NCBI GenBank assembly: GCA_973895155.1
Contig: OZ316891.1
Span: 31,999,112-32,063,111 of the forward strand
DNA: 64,000 nucleotides
From: Marsupella aquatica
Lineage: Eukaryota > Plantae > Marchantiophyta
Reading direction: 5' to 3'
Part shown: positions 25,125-37,189 of the stretch, one piece after another
Position numbering within the stretch: position 1 is the stretch's first letter
Layout: each line of letters begins with the position of its first letter
Notes under the pieces: generated by a model
What the model saw: only the letters and a program-made list of their open reading frames with translations
Databases searched by the model: none
Told to the model about the DNA's origin: nothing
Program-made: the position numbers and the translations under genes

Positions 25125-28100
25125 TGTGATGCCTAGACAGGAATCACTCGGCCAGTTAAGTGGGTAAAGCAGGAAGGCACCCTAGGAACACCTTAGTATA
25201 GGGACAAAACAAGGAAAATATAAACCATTAGGGGCAACCATGGAACCCGGGCCGAGGCCGGAGGTAAGGACGCTGAGGGTGAAAACTCGATTAGGGTTAG
25301 GGCGCGTTAAGCGTCGGCGGCTAGGAAGGATCAACGGGAAGAAGGACCGGCAGAGGAGAGGGGTAAGGAGCGCTTGCAGGAGATGGTGGCTCATTTGCGA
25401 GCACTAACTAGGCAGACGACTACGGGAGGCCAACTACTGTCAGCTGCTTAGGCAAGCACTCGGGGGGAGAGTAGATACCGACGATCGACCTAAGGAGGGT
25501 ATGAGCAACGTCAATCAAGCGGCACATTTCTGGGGATGCCTGTTCGAACGGGCAACTGAGTACATCAAGACTTACGAGGACGAGGAATCAGAAAGGGCAG
25601 CTCGAGAACGGCAGGAGCTCGCTCGATTGTGGGAGCTGCAGAAGACGGCTTTCTTAGGAGGCGAACTCATCAAGGACGAGTTCCTGTGGACGCCTACCTC
25701 CAATCAACTCGACGATCTTCTGTTTTGCAAAGACAGCATCGTCGGCATCCGAGAGGCCATCAAGAACTGCAACGACATACACTGGGAATTAAAGGGTAGC
25801 ATGAAAAGGTGGACCCAGGCAACGGTGCTAGGAGAAACCTCCATGGCAGCAGAGATGAAGAGGAAGGGAGCCGTCAACGATGAAGCCACCCCGGCAAAAA
25901 GAACGAGGTCGGCGGCACCAAAGAAGCCAGCCGAGCAGCAGAGCAGGAGGCAGGGAGAAGCCGAAGAGGAGGAGGTCGATCCCATCAAGGCCATTCCAAC
26001 CAGGGATGACACCTGGAAGGGCTGGGCGGCAACCCTACCGGTGGAAGTGCAACTACATTTTGCACGGGAGGAGGATGCATGCTTTACGGCAATGCAGACC
26101 AAGAAGTATCAAGGCTTCATGGCCGGATCCGGCTTAGAGGCCTTTGTAAGATTACCATGGCTGAAGCCGGAGGTACCGGAGTCAGACCTATTAGAATTCG
26201 TGGGGTCATGGGAACCCAAGACCAATTGCACGAGGATATATGGGAAGGATTTCTATCTTACTCCCAAGGTAATTGCCGAAGTGTTTGGCTTGCCGATAGG
26301 CAATAAGACCAAAGTTGATACCAGGAAGACCTTGCCTGACAAGGAGTTCCGGTCGTTCCCCGGGCCATCAACGAAGAATGGCTTCTTCCGGAACACCTGC
26401 ACCAACCCGCACATAGGAGAGATGATCGACTTCTTGCGGGTGACCATGCATTGTAACTTGCCGAGGGCAGAGATCGGCAAGGCACAGGTCTATCTGGCAG
26501 AAAGGCCAGACCCAAGCCGGGACTACAACGGGTACCTCCTCAACCAATTGAAGAAGATCTTAAAGGAGGAGCAACAGGTAATCGGCATGGGGAGCGTGTC
26601 GCGGCTTGGCTATCACATGCCGCTGTTGTGCCGGTATGCCAGAGGTCAGACTTTTGCCCCGGTACTTCCCCTGCAAGTAAGGGCACCCAAGGAAGCTCCA
26701 ACGCCGAGGCCGTTGGCTGAGAAGCCTCAACCACCTGTTAGCCCTACGATCGAGCAGGTGTTTAGACCCAGGAAGGAGGACTTGCCGATGCAGCAACCAG
26801 GCATGCAGAGTCTGCTGAAACTACTGGAGAAAGAAAAGAAATCGGCATCGGCAACAACAACGGCAACGGCAACAATGCAGGACACTACTACAGAGGTAGG
26901 CCTACACCGGCTCACAAGAGAAAACCCCTTTGCTGGAGACAAGGAGAGAATCAGGCTGGAATCCAAGCCAGGTGTTCGAATGTATGTGGGAATCTCAAGC
27001 TCCGAATCTGAGGCAGAATGATCTGAAGCTCCTACCGACGAAGAGGAGAGGGAGAAGCCGGACGTCCAAGAAGTAGAGGAGGCAGTGGAGGACTGCAGCC
27101 ATGATAATTCTGGCTATGGGTCGGACCATCACGTTCCAGGAGTAAGGACCTGTGGCCGGTTTGTCCCCACACTTCCAAGGGTAGTACGAGGGGACCCCAA
27201 CCAGCAGAGTAGCCCTGAGTCTCCCCCACCAGATGTTGCTCCCCCGAGCTTCGACGGCATAAAACAGACGGTGCAGGAATTTCAGGAGCGAATCAGGCAG
27301 GAAGAGGAGGCAGCCCTGGCTAGGGAAAAGGATTTACCAGGAGGAGATTGGCCGGAGGACATCAGGCGGCTAGCCAAAAAAGAAAGCAAACCTCTAGCCA
27401 CGATTGAAGAGATCCGCAAGACGGCTTGGGAGCAGAGGCCGCGATGGGCGATGCCGATCACTTCTACTTACTCCACCTACGCTAAGAATAGAGCCATGGA
27501 GTATGGTGAGATGTGTGGGGAACTTGCGCTCGGCATCTTTGGGGAGGAGTTGGAGGTAGGACCCTTTTTCCATAGGGAGCAATTGGAGAAGCACCAATTA
27601 GAAGAAGCGGTGGCTTTAGAGAGAAGCAAGAAGGACGAGGTCATTCGGCGGCTTAGGAGGATGGAAGCCGAGATTGAAGATCTAAGGGTGGCCAAGAAAG
27701 CCCAAGATGAACTGCGGATTAAACGGCATGAGCTGAACATCATGCAGGGGCAGTTGGACACCGCGCAGGTTGAGAATCAGAATATCAAGGATAAACTGAC
27801 TCAGACGCAGGGAGAGTTGGCCGACACGATCAAAGAGAGGGAGAAGTGGAAGCAAGAGCTGAAGAATACAGAGGAGGCCCACATAACAGCCAACAGCCGG
27901 GCCATGGCGGAGACCCAAAGAAAGGAATGGGCGTTGAAGGGGGAGCTCGAGAAAATCCGCGGAGCCCTTGAGCAGAAGGAGGCCGAGTTAGGGAAATCCT
28001 ATCAAGGGATTATGGCGCTGCAGCAGGAGCTTGCGTCCCTGACGGCCAGCTTCAAGGCCGACCTCAGGGAGAAGGATGAGATGCTCGATCAGACTTACGC

Positions 28101-29787
28101 CAAGATGAACTAGATGGAGTCTGTCATCATTGCAGAGCTCGACAAGGAGCTAAGAGCAACCCGGGAGGAGAGGACTACCTTGAAACAAGAACGGGAGGAA
28201 GCCCAGAAGGAACTAGAGGACGCACGCAAGGACCTGGATGAGACCCAGGAGGAGTTGGAGGAAATCATGAGGAAGATGGAGAACCTCCAGCGGCGGGCCG
28301 ACAACCAAATGGAGCGGCTGAAGAAACAAGCCGCAGTATTTAAGTGCTTGTCTTCATCAGGCCCAACTCCAATTGGGGCAACCAAGTTACCAGGAGTGGT
28401 ACTGGCCGAAGAAAAAGCCGCGCCACCTACACCAGTGCCGGAAGTAAGTGGGAAGGGGAAGGGACCAGCTGCCGAACCAGAAAAGAAGAAAAAGCGGAAA
28501 CCTTCAGGGTCAAGGATTAATCCGACTCCACAAGCCGTGGTGACCAGGGAGGTAGAACCAGCACCATCCTCCGGCATGAATACGGCAATAGATCCCGCTA
28601 TCATCACAGGTGGGGGTGGTGCGGCCCAAGCCGAACTACTCAGTAATGAGGCCGGTATTCCAGATCCGCCTCTTGAGCAGGCCGGGGAGACCATAGCCGA
28701 GGCTGAGGCCGTAACCGATTCCCGAGCCGATGCCGACGCCGATGGTGGACCCAGTCAGGCCGATGGAGAGTTGACTCAGTCAAGGGCAGGTAATCTGTCA
28801 GAGAATGAACCTACGGCAGTGGCTGAGGAGGAAGCGTTGGGGGCGTCCATTAAGGATCCTCCACCGGTGTCGTGACGGCGCAAGGGCGCCGTTCCTTTTA
28901 GGGAGGGCGGACGTGGAGGGAGGAGGCGTGAGTGGGCAGGGCGGGCGCTGATCTCCAAGTTTAGGATTAGGATCAGGACCAGGAGCGGCCCTGACACTTA
29001 GCTTAGTGGGATTGCGGTTCCACTGGTAGGAGCAACACTTGTGCTCCTGCCTTGCTGTACATAGGTAGATTCGGGCAAGTAAATTACTGTTAGGTAGATT
29101 AGGCTTACGATGCAAAGAATGGCGGATCCACTACCAGGATAAGTACCTGGGCAGCGGGGAGCTCAGGGCCTCTTCTTTAGCAAGTTTTTAGTTTGCACCA
29201 GCCGGGCTGGGATCAAGTAGTACGAGAAGCTCTCGGTTAGTCATACAGTGACCCTTGTGTATATTCATGTTTCCTCATGCCTAAGAGCTGAATAGAGTTG
29301 GCCTCACGGCTTAGTTCGCAGAGCTTGTGTATGAGATGTACTGTTTGTATGGCAAGTGCATGGTATGACTTAGTCAGAATGAGTCATTTTGCTATTTGTG
29401 TGTCGCATTAACTTGTGTGAAGAGTGCCCACATCAACCAAAAGGAAGGAAAGTAAGCAGGGGAGTGAGAGTTGGATGTGTCGAGCTGAGAGAGGTCTTAG
29501 CGGCTTAACCAAGCCTATTGGGGATCATTCCGGCGGCGGAATCCAAACATACCTAACAAGACGGAGGGGAAGACAGGGGAAGGCCTAGATTAGGCCGGCT
29601 ACGTATCTCATGACCCGATAAAGGATCTGTCCAGTATATGTGTGTAAAATGTTAACAGTAGTAGTAGAAGGTTAGCAGCGTCCCATGCCGCTAAGCCGCG
29701 GAAACGGCCTCGCCAAGCGCGAAACCTACGGGAATCGGCTTGAGCTGGGGGGTTTCTTGGGTTTAGGGAGCCATGGGACGCACCACA
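25125..29787 (+). mobile_element. Solo-LTR-like element (4663 bp) carrying a long ORF
   Basis: TGTGATGC...GCACCACA (7/8 IR); TSD CCTAT (25120-25124 and 29788-29792); empty site in copy A at 9538-9542; no terminal direct repeats. Confidence 0.9.
25501..28875 (+). pseudogene. ~1124-codon ORF with two in-frame stops: plant retrotransposon accessory domain (Transposase_32-like) plus a long coiled coil
   Basis: ORFs at 25501, 27085 and 28114 share one frame, separated only by TGA 27019 and TAG 28111; motif LLEFVGSW...RIYGKDFYLTPKVIAEVFGLP; E/K/Q-rich coiled-coil region. Confidence 0.8.
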
Positions 29788-30227
29788 CCTATGTTGCCGT
29801 TGTGTAGCAATAAGATCTAGTGGAGTAAGGACAAAGTCGCTCAATGATGCCTCCGAAAACATTCCAAGGTGTTTTGACTGTTTTCTTGCATTTGGTTTTG
29901 TTCAGTACTCCCTCTGCGTTCGGGGCCGCTTCAGTTGTAGACTACTAGGGGTTGCTTGACACTCGTTCATCTCTTCCCTTGTAGGACTCATCTTGAATCG
30001 TTACAGACCCAAAACGAGGCTTCGGCTAACTGATCAATGCTTTCCCCATGAATGATGAAGCAGAGATCGCCAGAGAGCTTGCACCTTTGATGCAAGTGGA
30101 GTTTGATAGTTTAAACATCAGTGCGAGAGGAGCTTAATAAGGGTTTAATGATTGCCAGCCAGATTCCAGATTCCATACCAGAATTTGAACTCCCAGAATT
30201 GCTAGATAATTTATTTGATTGTGCCAC

Positions 30228-31978
30228 GGATCGTACTCGGAGAGGTGGTGGGACTCTGCTACCTCCGGTATGAGGCACGTCCTCATTAAGAACCCATTGT
30301 CCACTACCCCCTCGGCCAGGAAGCTAGAGGACTGGTATTTAGCTCCCTTGCCCCCAGGAGCCCGCGACTCTACTCAGTTTATCCCCTTGGGTAAGCCCAA
30401 AATCATTTTCAGACGTGCCTCATTGAGACACATCACTCTCCCGTGCGCTCGGGTTTGTTGACGAGCCTCGTTGAAGTTCTGAATGAACTCAGTCATATCC
30501 TGCCCGTAGTACCTGTTTCCGTTCCAAGGGAGAGAGGCAAGGTGCTCAAACCCTTGGGTCTTCAGATAGCATGCATGCTTGGGGTGGAGGATGTTCTTGT
30601 GAACATTGTCCCCCATGCGATGCATGGTCAGCTTGGCTACCGCAACCGTGGCCAAAGGCAACCCGGATACGGCTGCGGGTTCCTTCCTCTTCCTACCCCG
30701 AGACTGATTCCCGGGGTGACTAGAAGAAGGGGACATCTCTCCTTCCTCTCGGTCAGGTGGTGGTAGCGCAACTGCCGTGAGTATTGGTGTCGGGGCCGCT
30801 AGAGTTACCGTGTTATCCCCTCGGGCTTGCTGGAGTGATGCTGGGTTGTTTGGCGCTTGTTGAGTCGTACCCCGCGGCCGTCGATTTAGGGGAGGGTGAG
30901 CCTCCTCGTCTTTGGAGCTAATATTCACCGCATTCACCATGGATCGTACTCGGAGAGGTGGTGGGACCGGTGGCGGGGACCGGTTCGGTTGAGGCCAAGG
31001 AGGTGTAGGTGCGGGTATGGGCACGGGTTGGCCGGCACTGGTCGTTGATGGTAGAGTTGCCATGAAGTTCTGCAGGTGCCAGTGGAGGTTTTCCAAAGCA
31101 AGTGTAGACGGCCTTGTCGACCGGATAGTGTTGAACTCGCTGTTGATGATAGCCCGGACCCAAGCAGGGATGTGGTCAAAGTGGTGCCGCTGCAAGTTGA
31201 TCATGCCCGGGAGAGTGAAGACCACATCCGGGAGCCAAAGCAATGCTTCCCAGAAGCCGATGTATTTTCCCCCGTCGTAGAAGTACCCTGATACTTCTTC
31301 GGGTTGGTAAAGCTCGCTCTGGGATGGGTAATCAAAGTTAAGGAGATAGTGGTGTCGGCCTGCTAAGCGGATGGCTCTCTCGTATTCGCGTTCGATTTTG
31401 TATCGGCGCGGGTTGGCGTGTTTTAATGAGTCGGCCAAGTGCCCTCCGATAGACAGGAACTGTGTCCAGAATCGTATGGCCAAACTGGAAAGGATCATGT
31501 GCGACATTCAGAGGAGATAGCAGGTGACTAAGGATAAGCGAGAGAGCTGGAGTCGAAGCTGGCGCGTGGACTGAAGAACTGGTGCACTGCAAAGGATCGG
31601 CCCCCCTTTATACCCTGAGATCTTGTCGATCGCCCGATGCCTCCTCGTCGCTTATAGGCCGAGCCTTTCACGCTCGCAGTGTACCGGCCACTTTGCCGGT
31701 CCGGGTCAGCTTGTGTCAGTGGCCGCCTCCCGGAGTTCGTTATACGGTCCCGAGGGGGGGGAAGGGGGCCCATTACACGCTCGCAACCCGGGCATGCGAA
31801 TGGCAACCTGCCGCCAGCCCGAACATGAATTCCCCTTATTGACTAATGATTTCCTACTCATAATGGCTACCTAAATACTGTCGTTATGCTAATAATAACA
31901 ATCTAAGATACCCCTAACGCGCATGCTAAGCATGGTTAGACCGAATCACTCATTACCCACCGTATCAGCGGCGTCACA
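30228..31978 (-). mobile_element. Truncated LTR-like element starting TGTGACGCC at 31978 (minus strand), with an ORF homologous to the 25501 ORF
   Basis: Terminus identical to the start of the 46562 element; TATA-like GTATAAA near 31607-31613 (minus); ORF 31507-30374. Confidence 0.7.
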
Positions 31979-34900
31979 CAATACGCCATCCAAGCGACGC
32001 AAGATTCAGGACGCACTGCCACCAGTAAGCATAAAAAATATAACCATTTGGAAATGCCTTCGCTCGAAGACTACATCCGACAATGACTCTAATCCATCAC
32101 TTGCTGCAATTATTGACGACGTCAATACGCGATCCAAGCAACGCAAGATTCAAGATGCAGAAGGGAATTTGGAGGTGGCGAGCATAGTAAAGAACCAGAT
32201 TGAAGGCCAACGACAGGAATTCTCGAAGGCCAATGCTTCCCGACCAAAATACCGACCCAACAATAATGCAAAAGGGAATTTGAAGGTGACAAGCACATTA
32301 AGGAACCAGATTGAAGGCTGGTACAGGAATTCTAGAAGCATTGACCAAGCTTTGTTTCCTTTGTATTTCTCACGAACCTAATTGAATGGTGACACTTTTG
32401 ATGCTAACGGAGTCCAATGGTTTCAACATGAACGTTATAGCTGCAAAAGACTTTAATTGGAAATGTTATGGGAGTGCGAGATTACAAGTGAGTCACCATG
32501 AATGCTAGTGGTGTATCACTAGTAGAAACCGGGGCATTTCGTGACCAGACCACTTGTGACTGGGGTGACCACGCAAGTGCAACCTTTGAACATCAGTCTT
32601 ATTTTTGAGACGCCATAAGACTAGATAGTCATAAGTAGTCATGTTTATGACTACTTAAGACCATTGAACTTTTTAAAAATCTTGATCTATTGAATGAGTC
32701 ATTCAAGTATGACTACATAGTCATACTTAGTCAACATATGACAATGGCCAATAGTAAGCCAAGTCCAATTTAGTCAACAAAATTGACTTGTCCATTAATT
32801 TTCATTGTGGCCATTGAACACTTTTTAAAATAATGTAGTGCCATATGCCTGGTTAGAGGATATTTACCCGATCCCATACACATTCTGAGCCATGGGATTA
32901 CGCTTTACATAGCCATTGACTGAACTATATGCAAGGGGCATAAGGGTTTGCTAGGGAGGCTTTTTTGTGGTTTTGTGTTACATGAAGTGCAGTTTAGGCC
33001 TAACTCATCCACATGCATGTAACCCTTCCTGCCAAAGTTTAGGGGGGGTTGTAGCAAGACACCTAAAGGGGGTTTAGGGGGGGTTTTAGCAAGACACCTA
33101 AAGGGGGTTTAGGGGGGTTATATCACAAGGGTGGGGGGGGGGTTATATCGATCTCAAGGGGGAGGGGGTTTAATCGGAGGACATGCACCATTGGATGGAG
33201 TTGATCGCCACCATCAGGTCAAACTTTTCCGTTCCCGCGTCCCGTTTAGTCGCACGTCCCGTTTAGTCACACATGTCTGAGCTTCCTTCGATCGGGTCCC
33301 GGGAGAGTTTGCAGACACCACTTGAGGCGGAAGTGCATCCTTGCGGTTGGCTAAGGTGCGCATTTCCTTCACTTTCCCTCGATGTTTACGAGCTCATTGT
33401 GGTGGTGTGGGTCCCGTCCATGCGTGCTCCCATTGTTGTGGCTTCCATCGCTGCGTGCTGGACACATTTAAGTCTTCCATTGCAAGTAGAGCGCATTTGC
33501 AGCTGCTTCAAGGGAGGTGATCACTACTGCTGTGGAAGGAGGGAGTCAGTCGGGAGTTTCGCTACTGCTGCGGAAGGCACTGCACAAGCTTTACTAATGC
33601 GGGACCTGTGTGGGAGGCGTAATAAAAGACTTAGGATCAAAGCCCGATGCTATCTAATCTCATTGCTTAGGGTGAAGTCTACTGCTATCCTTCTCTTCCA
33701 AGCGTATTGTGAGCTCAAACAACGTACGTGGGATTCCTGTGGTCTTACCGTTCAAGCTGCGACCAGTCTCAGGAGCAGCTCCTCAATCATCCCGGGCATT
33801 GGAGCTTAGTGAACTATAAGTGCGTGCATACCCTTCCAGCTGCGTCTTTTACTAAGGAGCTCATCAATCTTCTTGGGCATTGGAGTTGAAGTTATAGTTG
33901 AAGCCAAACCTTATTCAGTTCTTGGTGGGCATGAGAACTGAGCGCACAACGCACATTAGCAGCAACAAGGTCCAGGGACCATTTTTGTAGTTGCAAGTAG
34001 TGACGGTTTTGCTTTGGGAGTTGGGAGCTCCTACGAAGGAGGTCAGCTGAACAAGCCTCATTGCTATTGGGAGTTGGCATTGGCAAGGAGGGCGAAGGGA
34101 ACGGATTGGCAGCTGCAAGCTACATTGGAGTTGTTGCAACTAACTCAGGACATTGCAAGGGTGTGTTTCGGGTGAGTTTTTGGTTGAAGAACCGGGAAGA
34201 GCCTGCGGTTTGCCATCAAGGAGCTGTAGTTGGAGACCGGCCCTCGTACCTGCATTCTTCCATCCAGCACATGGGTGAGCGAAAGTCCATTTTTATCTCT
34301 CATTGTTTTTCTCCGACTCGTGCTTTGATCCAATGTATGTATTGCTGCTATGTCACCCTGTGAAGAGAGACTGGACATTGTAGCTACTCATTCTTGATCA
34401 TGTCATCAGGCATAGGACCTCAACTACGACGGAAAGATACCACATTCTGTGGGATCGATAGGACTGTTGTGCCTTGCGACATCGGTCACAGTGTGAGGAA
34501 AGGAGCAAGTTCACTACATTGCAGACGTCCAAGTGGCTCTATGCTTTGCTTTTATCAACCTACGACCGGCCAGCTGCGCGCTGCGATTTCAGTTTAGGGT
34601 GGTCTTTGGAGCTTCACATTTTCCCCGAACACACAGGTGCCTTCCTCTGTCTCTTCTACTATAGCTCTGTCTTGTGCTTTCATCGAAGCCCCTTGCAATC
34701 GGATGTTGAATGTGAAGACAAGACTGATTGTTGACACTGTACTGAATGCTAAGCCTCCTCTAAATCAATTCTGAGATGGGACTGAATGTTGAGATTCATG
34801 TTAGGTTTTTTGTGGTCGGAACACTCTGCGAAGCATTTCAATATATATGCATCCGAGTTCCCAATAAGTATTGACAGCCATCGCAGTCTAAAGTGGGCCT

Positions 34901-36735
34901 CTGGTAGTATTGTGCATTGGGGGCACTCAATAGGAAACTTGTAGTTGCTTTTACCAACAACAGAAGCTGCATTTTTGAGACAATTCCATGGACATAAAAT
35001 ATCCAATTGGACATCGGAATGAAGACATGATCTCTAACTATCTTGCACTATATGTCCTTTGAACTGCATTCTTAGATAGCCCAAATAGTTGAATTCCAAG
35101 TGGGACAGTTCACAATCCACAGAGTTGAACCAATTCTGAAATAGAATATAATTCTGAAATAAAATATTTTCATTCTGAGAGTCATAAAGTCAAAACTAGT
35201 TCATTTTAACTTTGGCCACTGTCTGGCATGAAAGTCTGGAATGCATATACATATTCGATATCTTCATGTCTGTTTCATGCATACATTCTTGGCGGTGACT
35301 GTTGTATTCAACCTCCAATGTCCCGTGCATGTGTGAACAATTGTTTCACTCAGGTTTTTTCAATTCTTTCCGCTCTGTCTTTGAATGTGCTATTCATGAA
35401 TCACTTTGTCTTTGAATGTGCTCAGGCATTTGTTTTGTGTTCTTCGTGTCCCTAGTATTAAGACTTCATTTTGGTGCAGGTGGAGTGCAAAAAGGCAAGA
35501 GTTCTAATTCAGTCCTATTTGCGAGCTTGTATTTGAATGTAGTATTTTGGCTTCGATTGGCTCCTCTGTTTTGCTAGCTTCGAAATGTCTGCTCATAACA
35601 TTTTTTGATGAACATAGGTATGGACAGAATAGAGTAATTGGGAATTCAGATCATATTGTTGTGTGCTTTGTTGGGGATCCTCATGTGTATGTAACTACAT
35701 ACACATTCTACCTGAGGGCAGTATGCCTGTACACCTCAGGTAGAACCAAGTACTATCTGTCGCATGATATAATTCCACTACACTTCTATATTAATGTTGC
35801 CTAAGTGCTTTATTGTATTTTTTGGTTGAAATGATGTCACTTGCATTTCATAGTCAGTCTTAGTTGGTTGGCTTGGTATTCATTTGCTTTTCACTCCCTG
35901 GGGCTAGTGAATTTGTTTGCTGTCACTGAGTTTCTTGCGTAAGAACTAGATGTTGTTCATTTTCTCGATCCATGCTCTGTTTTGCTCTGTTTCCTCTGTT
36001 TTGCTGGCTTCTTCATGTCTGCTCATAACATTTTTCAGATCGTGTAGTTATGGATAGAACATAGTAATTGGGATCATACTGTCTTCTGCTCTGTTGGGGA
36101 TCCTCTTTGAATATATATATACTTGGTCACATGTATTGAGCTTGGAGGCAGTTTTTTTATTCCCATCTTCATTTTGTCAAGTGACCTTTCTGCCACCCCC
36201 TTTTGGTGGCCTCTTTTTTAGGAAGCTCCTTATTGTGAACACAGTCTGTACTTTGGTTATGAAGTTTGACTGAGTGCTGCGGGCCAATTCCTGTGCCGAC
36301 CTGTGCTGTAATTTGCTTTGTTTTGCATCCACTCTTTAGTTTCCTTCTATTTTATCGACGAGTTTCATGCATATCATGTTTATAAGAGCTTTTGTGCTGA
36401 TGCACAATATAGTTGTGCCAACTGAATGCCAATCTACCTACACTCCTGCTCAGTTCACTCTTGCAAGCAGTGAACTACCTCTCTGCTGCTCACTGTAGGG
36501 TGAGACTTTCAGTCTTTCTGGATATTGTAGTTTGCAACATTGTTCATTAGGAGTGTTTCATGCTATGTTTATACTATGACCTCTAGTTGGAACCAAGGGA
36601 ATGACACAGTGAGTGGGAACTGATTAGTCTCTCTTCTGGTTGTTGTTGGAGAGGCAATTACAGTTCCTGCTGACCTTGCTGATCGAAGGACGTTTGAGGA
36701 CGTGAACACAAGACATCTGAACAACAACAACAGTT

Positions 36736-37189
36736 ATGGTGAGCACCCGCAATGCTGAACATGATTGTGCGGCTTGCATGCAAGGCAGAGAGGTTGCACC
36801 TTGAGTATGTCAGACTTGGGATCCTTCCTGCCCAGTCTGCATGGTACTTTGAGTACCTTGTTGTTGCCAGGAATAACTACAGCCGGCCTGTACCTACTTC
36901 TCCACCCTTCCCAGCATCCTTGGTATTTCTGTCTCTCGTACATGACCCACCACAAATTAGGGCCCAAGGGTGTGTACACAGTTGCCAATATGACTGTCCT
37001 GCCTGTCGGGCATCTGGCCCAGAGTTGGATGACCGTTCTCTTGGATGTCAATTTTTGCATAGAGCACAATGTATCATCTGGAACCACTCGCCATCCTGTA
37101 GTGTGCCTGGCAATGTCACTTGTCCTGGCCTCCCAGACCCCACCACTGGTGCTTTTGGTGTCTACACATGTTTGGATCACACGCTGTAG
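36736..37189 (+). pseudogene. CACTA cargo: Cys/His-rich ORF, copy 1 (4-nt insertion near the start)
   Basis: Homologous to 55532-55981. Confidence 0.5.

Larger units (their letters stand above)
23011..32516. repeat. Duplicated unit, copy B
   Basis: Colinear with 7433-11866 apart from indels and insertions. Confidence 0.93.

Noticed and set aside
25501-28875. Three separate genes, or programmed readthrough
   Set aside because: They share one frame, and both stops can arise from single C>T changes, so decay of one ORF is more parsimonious
29526-29555. Hammerhead ribozyme (retrozyme) in the LTRs
   Set aside because: No CUGANGA/GAAA core arrangement is seen around the conserved hairpin
33273-33809. 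178-aa ORF in CACTA element 1
   Set aside because: No domain signal and not shared with element 2; probably UTR or filler
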